A DNA stretch of 25,526 nucleotides from a virus (taxonomy: Duplodnaviria; Caudoviricetes), in IMG/VR virus record IMGVR_UViG_3300044625_000272, positions 1-25,526 of that record. One strand, written 5' to 3'. The notes under the pieces are model-generated. The model saw only the letters and a list, made by a program, of their open reading frames with translations, searched no databases and had not been told where the DNA came from. Positions 9,131 to 16,918 of this stretch are shown here, one piece after another (the stretch's first letter is position 1; every line of letters starts with the position of its first letter). A program made the translations under genes and the position numbers.

Positions 9131-10272
9131 TCCTCGACGAACTGCGCAAGGTCGCCAGCGGATTGCAGGGCAAGTGTGCCCCTGTGCCGTGGGGAATCGA
9201 CGGCATGGGCGAGTTGGGCTACATGACGCGCGAGCGTGGTCTGTACGTAAATCCAGCCTATAGCCGCTCGTTGGATTTGGCGCTGCGTGAGAGCGTGGAG
9301 TACGAACGCACGGCGCGGGAAGTATCGAACGGACGATTCGGCGCGGATGTCTTGGCACCGATTGCGCGTCGTATCTCGGATCATTCGGACGTGATCCGAA
9401 CCATGAAGCAGATGCGAGCGGCGCTGACATCCTGGGATCAAATTGTCACCGCGATCAATGCGGGGAAGTCGGCGCAGGTGTCATTTCTACGGTCATCCAG
9501 TGCCGTAAGTGCCAGTTTTTGGCAATTTGAATTTGCGTTAGCGGGGCTTCCGACTGCGGGCACGTTTGCAACGATTCCGGGCGGCAGTGCTTTCACGGGA
9601 TCATCGGTCGGATCGATGGTGTCTCCTGGAACTGCAAACATCGGCGGCAGCGACCATTGCTATCTCACTAATGTTTCGCTGCACTCTCAGCCCTCGCAGA
9701 TAAACCAGCAAATCGTGGGCGTTGTCGATTTGCTCGTCGGAGCTGGCAGTATTAACGCAGCAACGGGCACCAGCCAAGACATCTCGACGACGGCTTTACC
9801 AAGGTGGACGACCGGCGAAGGGCTTTGCATGTCGCTAGTCGTGACTACCGCTTTGGTTGGCGGTACGGTTCCGACGATTGCGATCACGTACACGGATCAG
9901 GCAAACAATACCGGCAATTCTACGGGCACAATCTCGGTAACGACCGCCTCGCCCGCAGGACGCATGCTGCCTGTGCAAGACGGGCCGATGATCCGATTGG
10001 CCTCGCCAGATACCGGAGTACGGAAAATCGAGGCATGCATCATTGCAGGCACGATCACATCCGGCGTGATGGCGGGGATCATCTACAAGCCGATCATGTT
10101 CATGGGGGTGCTGGCGAATCAATCCGTTGAGCGCACGACACCCTCGCAGGCGGGAGGAATGCGCAGGATTACGGAAACTGCGGGCGCGTTGCCTTGCTTG
10201 ACGATGATCCGGTTTGCGTCAAACACGAGTAACACGCTTTTAGGCGGCTTCCTTGAATTCGCCTGGGGCTAG
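9127..10272 (+). CDS. Putative virion protein, paralog B
   Basis: Start ATG 9127 (ATGA overlap) gives MILDELRKVASGLQ, which matches MNILQELQKLSRGLQ of paralog A; the ORF-track start at 8977 is an upstream extension. Confidence 0.75.
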   Translation: MILDELRKVASGLQGKCAPVPWGIDGMGELGYMTRERGLYVNPAYSRSLDLALRESVEYERTAREVSNGRFGADVLAPIARRISDHSDVIRTMKQMRAALTSWDQIVTAINAGKSAQVSFLRSSSAVSASFWQFEFALAGLPTAGTFATIPGGSAFTGSSVGSMVSPGTANIGGSDHCYLTNVSLHSQPSQINQQIVGVVDLLVGAGSINAATGTSQDISTTALPRWTTGEGLCMSLVVTTALVGGTVPTIAITYTDQANNTGNSTGTISVTTASPAGRMLPVQDGPMIRLASPDTGVRKIEACIIAGTITSGVMAGIIYKPIMFMGVLANQSVERTTPSQAGGMRRITETAGALPCLTMIRFASNTSNTLLGGFLEFAWG

Positions 10273-10275
10273 CGC

Positions 10276-11030
10276 GTGAGCACGAATCGCTTCGACAATC
10301 AATGGCTGGCATTTAAGGGCACGACGACCGGGTGGGATGGGTCGCTGGTCGCGGGGTCGGACAATGATGTGCCGATGCCGATTGCGGTGGCGACCGCAAG
10401 TGGCGTAACGATCAATGCGCCCGCAGCGAATATCACGATTGCAGGCGTTGCGCCAAGCGTTGCAGCGGGCAAATCGATCTCAGTTCCGGCTGCGAACATT
10501 ACGCTTGCAGGGGTTGCGCCGTCGATCAGGGTAGGCGCATCGGTCGCAATCCCTGCGGCAAACATCGCCATAGCAGCGGTCGCGCCATCCGTATCGGCAG
10601 GCAAGTCGGTAATCGTTCCTGCGGTGGATGTGGCAATCGCTGCGCTTGCTCCGACTGTTTCTGCGGGTGCTGGCGTTGGCGTGACGGTCGATGTGCCGTC
10701 CGTGGATATAGCGGTTTCGGCCGTGGCACCGACCGTAAGCGCATCTGCCGTGCAGGAATTGATCGGACGGCGTAGGCGCAGTCGCCGCCCGATCTACGAG
10801 CTTGACGGCTCAAAAAAAAAGTGTCGAGCGAGGCGCTGCGGCAAGAACGCGAATACATCGCTTCTATCGACAGCATCTACGATCTATTGGCAGAGCAGCA
10901 AATACTGCGAGAGGCTGTGGAACTAGCAACCGCCTCGCAGCGTAAGACGATCTCGAACCTGATGACCACCATCACGCGGCGGGTGGACGAGATCGAAGAA
11001 GACGAAGCCGTAATCGTTCTCCTAACGTAA
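10276..11030 (+). CDS. Repeat-containing putative virion protein, split at an A9 tract (0 frame 10276-10926; -1 frame continues to 11030)
   Basis: Five ~22-aa 'PAANI(T/A)IA(G/A)VAPSVxAG' repeats; TCA AAA AAA AAG at 10810-10821; the -1 frame gives a helical tail ending 'DEIEEDEAVIVLLT*' just before the scaffold RBS. Confidence 0.65.
10405..10745 (+). repeat. Degenerate ~66-bp tandem coding repeat, 5 units
   Basis: Pro codons of PAAN/PAVD/PSVD recur at about 10420, 10486, 10552, 10618 and 10696. Confidence 0.8.
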
Positions 11031-11041
11031 CAAGGACACAC

Positions 11042-11902
11042 ATGAGCGAATTGACGCAGCAAGAGCAAGCATTCTTCGAGACGCAGGGCGAGACGGCACC
11101 GGAAGCGCCGGAGGCCGAGACGCCGGTCGCCGAGGCGACGGAAGTGGCAGAGACGCAACCGGAGGCGACGGAGGCAGCAGAACCGGCCAAGCCTAAACTG
11201 GTGCCGCTGGAGGCGCTGCATGAGGCTCGGGCGCAGGCGAAGGAACTGAAGTCTCAGCTTGCTCGGCTCAATCAGGAGCGGCAGGAGTTCGCACATTGGC
11301 GCGCGCAGATCGAATCCCGGTTGAATCCGCAGGCGCAGGCGCAGGTTCCGGCGTTCGAGGAAAACCCGGCCGAGAATCTACGGCACGAAGTGACGACGGC
11401 CAAGGAAGAACTCGCAGCCATCAAGCGGCAAAGCGAGGACAGCGCGCGACAGGCTCAGTTTGCCAACTGGTATCAGACGCAGGCGGCGGCGTTCTCGCAG
11501 TCGCAGCCCGACTTCATGGAAACCTATTCGGCGTTCATCGAATCCAGGCAGACCGAACTGGCCGACGCAGGAATGACGCCGCAGCAGATCGTCGCCAAGG
11601 TGCAGCAGGAAGAACAACTGCTCGCGTTGACTGCCGCGCAGATGGGCGTGAACCCGGCGCAGATGGTCTATCAGACCGCGATTGCCAAGGGCATCAAGCC
11701 CAAGGCAAAAGCGCCTGCGGAAAATGCGACACAAAAGCTACAAAACGTGGCAGATGGGATAAAATCGAGCAAGTCGTTGTCACAAGTACCAGGGCGTCCG
11801 GTTCCGGCAATGACTGCGGAGTACGTGGCAAATATGTCGGACGCAGATTTCAAGAAGTTCGCGGCCAATTGGGATGACAACATTTCCCAACTGAGCGCAT
11901 AA
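11042..11902 (+). CDS. Capsid scaffolding protein
   Basis: Acidic E/A/P/T-rich N-terminus, 'VPLEALHEAR' plus coiled coil, C-terminal 'MSDADFKKF'; AAGGA RBS; directly upstream of the capsid gene. Confidence 0.85.
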   Translation: MSELTQQEQAFFETQGETAPEAPEAETPVAEATEVAETQPEATEAAEPAKPKLVPLEALHEARAQAKELKSQLARLNQERQEFAHWRAQIESRLNPQAQAQVPAFEENPAENLRHEVTTAKEELAAIKRQSEDSARQAQFANWYQTQAAAFSQSQPDFMETYSAFIESRQTELADAGMTPQQIVAKVQQEEQLLALTAAQMGVNPAQMVYQTAIAKGIKPKAKAPAENATQKLQNVADGIKSSKSLSQVPGRPVPAMTAEYVANMSDADFKKFAANWDDNISQLSA

Positions 11903-12059
11903 GCTGCCGAGGCTCTAACTCGGAATCGCCCCGGAGGCGTTAACACCGGACAGCCGCCCGAGGCTATAAACCGGATTCGTTGCGTCCCGCGTGAGTGGAC
12001 GAATCGCAAGACGAAGCGTGATCGCGTCAACCCGATTCTCCATTCACAAAGGAAACCTC
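11903..12059 (+). promoter_or_regulatory. Structured intergenic leader of the major capsid gene (three repeated hairpins plus a nested stem)
   Basis: CCGAG-gctctaa-CTCGG (11907-11923), CCGG-aggcgttaaca-CCGG (11931-11949), CCG-aggctataaac-CGG (11958-11974), then TTCGT.TGCG...CGCA.ACGAA (11976-12015). Confidence 0.5.
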
Positions 12060-13136
12060 ATGGCAACGACAGATTTTGGAGTGGGTCACCCACTCGCCGT
12101 CAAGCTGTGGTCCCGCAAGCTGTACGAAGACGTGGTAGGCAAAGGCTACTACGGGCGCTTCATCGGCAAAGGTTCCAACAGCCTGTTTCAGATCAAGGAA
12201 GAAACCAGCAAAGGCCCCGGTGACCAGATCACCATCGGCCTGCGTGGATTGCCGGTCGGCGCGGGCATTCAGGGTGACGCAACCCTGGAGGGCAACGAAG
12301 AAGCTCTGCTGACCTACAACGACGCACTTCTCGTCAATCAGCTTCGCCATGCGTTCCGCACGGGCGGCAGGATGAGCGAGCAGCGTGTGCCGTTCAGCGT
12401 CCGCGAAGAACTTCGCAGCGCCGCCGAGGACTGGTGGTTCGAGCGTCTTGAGGTCAGCATCGCCAATCAACTCGCGGGCTACGCCGACCAATCCGACACG
12501 CGCTACACCGGCAACAACGCGGCGCTGGAGCCGTCCACGGTATCCGGCACCAAGCGGATTCTGGTTGGCGGTGGGCACGATGCCGAATCGTCTCTGTCGG
12601 CAACGACCACGCACGCGATCAAGTTGTCCGATCTGGACAAGGCCGCTGCGATTGCCAAGACGCAGACGCCTCGCATTCGTCCGATTCGGGTCGACGGCAA
12701 ATCGCTGTACGTGTGCTTCCTGCACCCGTACCAGATCAACCAGCTTCGACAGGACGCCAGCACGGCGGGCAACTTCTTCGACGTGCAGAAGGCGCAACTG
12801 ACGGGCGGGAAGATCAGCGACAACCCGATCCTCACCGGTGGCGAGTTCATCTACAACGGCGTGATTGTCTACGAGTGGCCCTACCTGCCCGTGGTCAAGA
12901 GCACCGTCTCGTCCTCGACCTCGTACCGTCGTGGTGTGTTCTGCGGCGCGCAGGCGCTGGCAGTGGCGGTCGGACAGAACGGCTCCGCGACGAAGATGTC
13001 GTGGGAGGAAGAAATGTTCGACTACGGCAACCAACTGGGCGTGTCGGCCGGGATGATCTTTGGCGTTAAGAAGACGAAATTCAACTCGTCCGATTACGCC
13101 ACGATCGTCATGTCCGGTTACGCCCCGGCCCCATAA
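12060..13136 (+). CDS. Major capsid protein (N4-gp56/DUF4043-like)
   Basis: 'AVKLWSRKL', 'GDQITIGLR...GDATLEGNEEAL', 'LHPYQINQLR', 'WEEEMFDYGNQLGV..GMIFGVKKTKFN'; ATG 12060 with AAAGGA RBS (ORF track start 11991 is too far upstream). Confidence 0.92.
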   Translation: MATTDFGVGHPLAVKLWSRKLYEDVVGKGYYGRFIGKGSNSLFQIKEETSKGPGDQITIGLRGLPVGAGIQGDATLEGNEEALLTYNDALLVNQLRHAFRTGGRMSEQRVPFSVREELRSAAEDWWFERLEVSIANQLAGYADQSDTRYTGNNAALEPSTVSGTKRILVGGGHDAESSLSATTTHAIKLSDLDKAAAIAKTQTPRIRPIRVDGKSLYVCFLHPYQINQLRQDASTAGNFFDVQKAQLTGGKISDNPILTGGEFIYNGVIVYEWPYLPVVKSTVSSSTSYRRGVFCGAQALAVAVGQNGSATKMSWEEEMFDYGNQLGVSAGMIFGVKKTKFNSSDYATIVMSGYAPAP

Positions 13137-13148
13137 GGAGATAGAGAC

Positions 13149-13631
13149 ATGGCTGCTAGAACTCTGACTTACACCTTGGGGTATGCTGGACCGGTTCGTG
13201 AGGTCCATGCGGGCCTGAACGTCCTGACCTTCGATTGCAACTCGGGGACGACCAAGTTCGGAACGGTGTCGGATATGTTCCTGCTCGGTAAGATCCCGAA
13301 TGGCGCGGTGGTCACGGGTGGCGGGATCACCTTCGGAACGCAGGGCAACGCGGCGAGCACGTTTACGCTGCTGCTCCTGTCCGACGAAGGCGCTGGCACG
13401 TTCAGCACGTTGGCAACACTGCGTGCAGCGGGTGGCTCGATCACGGCGAACGCCAGCACGGTGCAGTCGTACAGCATCGTGGGGCCGGTAACCAAGATCA
13501 GCTATTCGGATGATCGAGCAGTGCAGAACGCCGTCCTGGCGTTGAACTGCACGGTCGGGCCTTCGGAGACTGCCTCGTTCAGTTTCCAAGGGTTCCTGAC
13601 CTACGTCACAGACGGTCGAAGCACGACCTAA
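13149..13631 (+). CDS. Probable capsid decoration/cement protein
   Basis: Directly after the capsid gene, TAAGGAG RBS; 'LLGKIPNGAVV' beta-sandwich-type motif; Ser/Thr/Gly-rich. Confidence 0.65.
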   Translation: MAARTLTYTLGYAGPVREVHAGLNVLTFDCNSGTTKFGTVSDMFLLGKIPNGAVVTGGGITFGTQGNAASTFTLLLLSDEGAGTFSTLATLRAAGGSITANASTVQSYSIVGPVTKISYSDDRAVQNAVLALNCTVGPSETASFSFQGFLTYVTDGRSTT

Positions 13632-13637
13632 TCTGAG

Positions 13638-15008
13638 ATGAGCGTCATTCAGCAGACGCTTGAGCGCGCCCTAGACCTCCATAAACAGGGGGACTATGGG
13701 CGCGCTGCCCATATGTATAACTGCGTGCTGAACCTGTCTCCGTTCCACGAGGGGACGCTGTATCTGCTCTCCGATCTCTATCTGCGGCAGGAATACTCCG
13801 GCCTCGCCATCAACCTGCTAACAAACCTGCTCGACCGCAACCCGTCGAACGCGCAAGCTTGGTGCAACCTGGGCGTCGGGTTCCGCAAGGAAGATCGCTA
13901 CGACGAAGCAATCAAGGCTTGGAATCGTGCACTCGCCATTGAAGGCGACACGAGCGAAGTGTGCTCGAACATGGCGACGTTGTACTCCGACCGGGCGCAA
14001 CCGGACACCGCGTTGAAGTGGTTGCGGCGTGCGCTGAAGTGCGACAGCACGAACGTCCATGCTCACTGGTCGATGGGGCTCGCACTGCTCACGCAAGGCA
14101 AGTGGGCAGAGGGTTGGGACAAGTACGAATACAGGCAGCAACTTCCGACCTGGGACCGCAGGCTATCGATTGACGTTCCGTGGTGGGATTTCGAGCCGAC
14201 CGACCATCTCTACATTCACGGCGAGCAGGGTGTGGGCGACGAGATCATGTTCATGTCGTGCGTGCCGGATGTGCTGCCGCTTGCCAAGCAAGTGACGATA
14301 GAACTCAACCCGCGTGTGTGCGAGATCGCGCGCAAGACGTGGCCGCAGATCCGGGTCATCTCAGAGCCTGACGACGACAAGACCTACACAGCGAAGATCG
14401 CAATCGGGAGCCTTGCAGCGCGTCTACGGCGCTCGGTGGATGCGTTCCCCGGTACGCCGTACTTGAAGCCTGACCCGGAACTCGTGGAGCACTACAAGGC
14501 GCGTCTCACCGCTATCGGTCCGCGTCCCTGGGTGGCGCTCGCATGGCATGGTGGCACGAAGCAGACGCGGGTCAAGGATCGGTCGCTATCGCTGGCCGAC
14601 CTCGATCCGATCCGCAATCGGTTCACCTGCGTCTCGGCGCAATACGAGCACACGAATCCGGTGCTGGCGCAGCAGCGCGAGGAAGCCGGGCTCGTGCGTC
14701 TGGACAACCTGTGCGTCGGCGAGGATCTTGCAGCGCAGGCGGCGCTGTTCGCCGCAGTCGATTACGTGGTCACGGTTCAGCAGACGGCGGTCCATGTAGC
14801 CGGTGCTGTCGGGGCGAAGACCTACGCGATCATCGGTCCCGCGCCGCACTGGCGCTATGGACTCACGGGTGACATGCCGTGGTATCGGTCGGTGCAACTG
14901 TGCCGGGCTAAGAACGGTTGGGCAGAGCAAATCAATTTCGTGGAGCAGTCCATTGCTGATCAGTCAGGAATACGTCGAGCAGAACCGACGAATGCACGAG
15001 CGGCCTGA
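13638..15008 (+). CDS. TPR-repeat + GT-B (GT9-like) glycosyltransferase
   Basis: TPR helices ('AWCNLGVGFRKEDRYDEAIKAWNRALAI'), then 'GWDKYEYR', 'HGEQGVGDEIMF', 'AVDYVVTVQQTAVHVAGAVG', 'HWRYG...MPWYRSVQL'. Confidence 0.85.
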   Translation: MSVIQQTLERALDLHKQGDYGRAAHMYNCVLNLSPFHEGTLYLLSDLYLRQEYSGLAINLLTNLLDRNPSNAQAWCNLGVGFRKEDRYDEAIKAWNRALAIEGDTSEVCSNMATLYSDRAQPDTALKWLRRALKCDSTNVHAHWSMGLALLTQGKWAEGWDKYEYRQQLPTWDRRLSIDVPWWDFEPTDHLYIHGEQGVGDEIMFMSCVPDVLPLAKQVTIELNPRVCEIARKTWPQIRVISEPDDDKTYTAKIAIGSLAARLRRSVDAFPGTPYLKPDPELVEHYKARLTAIGPRPWVALAWHGGTKQTRVKDRSLSLADLDPIRNRFTCVSAQYEHTNPVLAQQREEAGLVRLDNLCVGEDLAAQAALFAAVDYVVTVQQTAVHVAGAVGAKTYAIIGPAPHWRYGLTGDMPWYRSVQLCRAKNGWAEQINFVEQSIADQSGIRRAEPTNARAA

Positions 15009-15453
15009 ATACGGCGTTATCGGGCAGACCTACGCGCATATTGTCAGCGGCTTGGCAAATCAGTACCGAACGGCGTCGATCCTCGACTACGGCTGCGGAA
15101 AGCGGACGCTCGAAGCGGCGCTCGGCTACCCGATTTGGAACTACGATCCGGCGATTGAAGGACTCGACGAGACGCCGAAGCCGCGCGACATCGTGACTTG
15201 CACCGACGTGCTGGAGCACATCGAGCCGGAATGTTTGGATGCCGTGCTGGACGACATGCGCCGATGCAGTTTGCAAGTGATGATGGCTGCGATCACCGTG
15301 GTGCCGGCGAAGAAGCTCCTGCCTGATGGAACGAACCCGCACAAGATCTGCGAGCCGTGGGAATGGTGGCACGAGCGTCTAAGCATGCGCTGGCGGCTGA
15401 AGAACTTCGTCGATATGAATAAGCGATTCGTCTGGATCGGCACGCCGCGATGA
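14953..15453 (+). CDS. Class I SAM-dependent methyltransferase
   Basis: Motif I 'ILDYGCGK', 'YDPAI', 'DIVTCTDVLEHI'; TTG 14953 with GGAG 7 nt upstream (ORF track start 14803). Confidence 0.85.
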   Translation: MLISQEYVEQNRRMHERPEYGVIGQTYAHIVSGLANQYRTASILDYGCGKRTLEAALGYPIWNYDPAIEGLDETPKPRDIVTCTDVLEHIEPECLDAVLDDMRRCSLQVMMAAITVVPAKKLLPDGTNPHKICEPWEWWHERLSMRWRLKNFVDMNKRFVWIGTPR

Positions 15454-16091
15454 ACATCGTATTTTTCGCAGTAGGTGACGAGCACGCCGCAATGGCCGAG
15501 CTTGCTGCGGAAGCGGCGCGGATCACGAATCCCGCCGCCGACCTGTACGTACTTACAGATATTCATACGCAGTTCAGGACGTTGACGCCGGTACGTGGGC
15601 ACTGCTCGAAAGAGACGCTCATGTACGACCGCACGATTGCGCAGTATCACTTTCTGCGGGATCGGCGCGAGGCGATCTTCTTGGATTCCGACTGTGTGGT
15701 GCAGCGCGACTTGACGGGCGCCTTCGCCGGGCCGGTGGCCGTAACGGAGCGGATACCGCCCAAGAACGCAGCCGGGCAGATATACAACGGTGGCGTTCTC
15801 TACGGATCAGGGCATGCAGGCGTGGCGTTCTGGCTCTCGTGGTGCGAACTGTACTGGCTCATCCAGCGAGACGCCTGGGCGTGGTACGGGGATCAGGTGT
15901 TGCTGGCGAAGCTGGTGCCGAACTACACCTCGACGCAGGTTTATCCGTCGCACACGCACAACCTCGTGTTGTCTAGCGCCGTCGAGATCGACGCGCACCC
16001 GGACGCCTACATCGTCCACTACAAGGGCAAGCGCAAGCACTGGATGCGTGACCATGTGGAAGCGATCAAACAGATGAAGGTGGCCGCATGA
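15450..16091 (+). CDS. GT-A fold nucleotide-diphospho-sugar transferase
   Basis: DxD motif 'IFLDSDC', 'YNGGV', 'YGDQ', C-terminal 'IVHYKGKRK'. Confidence 0.8.
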   Translation: MNIVFFAVGDEHAAMAELAAEAARITNPAADLYVLTDIHTQFRTLTPVRGHCSKETLMYDRTIAQYHFLRDRREAIFLDSDCVVQRDLTGAFAGPVAVTERIPPKNAAGQIYNGGVLYGSGHAGVAFWLSWCELYWLIQRDAWAWYGDQVLLAKLVPNYTSTQVYPSHTHNLVLSSAVEIDAHPDAYIVHYKGKRKHWMRDHVEAIKQMKVAA

Positions 16092-16297
16092 GACGCCGAC
16101 AGATTTACGCCATCCGAGAGCAGGAAGCCGAGCAACTACGAAGGGAGGTGATCCGAAGTGCGTTCAAAGTCGAAGAAGCCGATGCCAATGCCGGGCAAAG
16201 GCAAGAAGTAAGCACCAGCAGCGTCAATTGTCCGACGTGTGGGAAAGCGCTCCAGCCTCGCGGGGCGCATTTCCACATCCGCGCGTGCAAGGGGTAA
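16088..16297 (+). CDS. Small protein with C-terminal C2HC zinc-finger-like motif
   Basis: 'CPTCGK....GAHFHIRAC'; ATGA coupling; fills the gap before the adaptor. Confidence 0.6.
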   Translation: MRRRQIYAIREQEAEQLRREVIRSAFKVEEADANAGQRQEVSTSSVNCPTCGKALQPRGAHFHIRACKG

Positions 16298-16300
16298 GGC

Positions 16301-16918
16301 ATGGCTATTAGCACGTATTCCGAACTCAAGACCGCGATCTTCGCATGGGTCGATTCATCCTCCGGCGACTTCAGCGGCACGACGATTGACGACCTCATCT
16401 TGATGGCGCACCAGCGGATCGGGCGCGAGGTGCGATGCCGCGAGATGGAGGCCGACATTTCCGCAACCGTCAGTGCGGGCGTGGTCCCGTTGCCTGCGGA
16501 CTTCGTGGACCTGAAGTATGCCTACCTGAACAACGAGCAGCCGACCAAGTTTCTACAGAAGCGCACGGCGCGGTTTATTTACGAGCGATACCCGCACCGG
16601 GATGCTGCCGGGCGTCCTGGCTACGTAGCACGCGAGGGCACGAATTTCATCTTTGGCCCGTACCCGGACAGCGGCACGACGTACAACTTAAAGGGCGTGT
16701 ACTGGCGGCGCATGACGTTGACCACGACGCTGACGTTCAACGAAGTGTTCCGCGTGCATCCTGACCTGTATCTGGCGGCATCCGTGGCCGAAGCGATCCC
16801 GTTCGTCGGGCAGGATGCTCGGTTGCAAGTGTGGGAAGCGAAGTATCAGCAGATCCGCAATGACCTGTTGAACGAGGTGAACACCGAAGGTTATGAAGGA
16901 AGCGAGGTCGAGTTCTAA
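16301..16918 (+). CDS. Head-tail adaptor (podovirus type)
   Basis: 'MAISTYSELKTAI..W', 'LPADF', 'GRPGY....FGPYPD...Y.L...Y', 'HPDLYL.AS..EA..F...DAR...WE.KY'. Confidence 0.8.
   Translation: MAISTYSELKTAIFAWVDSSSGDFSGTTIDDLILMAHQRIGREVRCREMEADISATVSAGVVPLPADFVDLKYAYLNNEQPTKFLQKRTARFIYERYPHRDAAGRPGYVAREGTNFIFGPYPDSGTTYNLKGVYWRRMTLTTTLTFNEVFRVHPDLYLAASVAEAIPFVGQDARLQVWEAKYQQIRNDLLNEVNTEGYEGSEVEF

Noticed and set aside
7991-10272. Possible diversity-generating retroelement template/variable repeat pair
   Set aside because: Paralogs differ at all base types, not only adenines, and no reverse transcriptase is present in the window.
11907-11974. Possible mini-CRISPR array or rho-independent terminator
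   Set aside because: Units are only 17-19 nt, degenerate, with 7-8 nt gaps, no cas genes and no U-tract.
12027-13589. 520-aa minus-strand ORF
   Set aside because: Antisense shadow of the capsid and decoration genes; Arg/His/Val-rich composition typical of high-GC reverse frames; no motifs.
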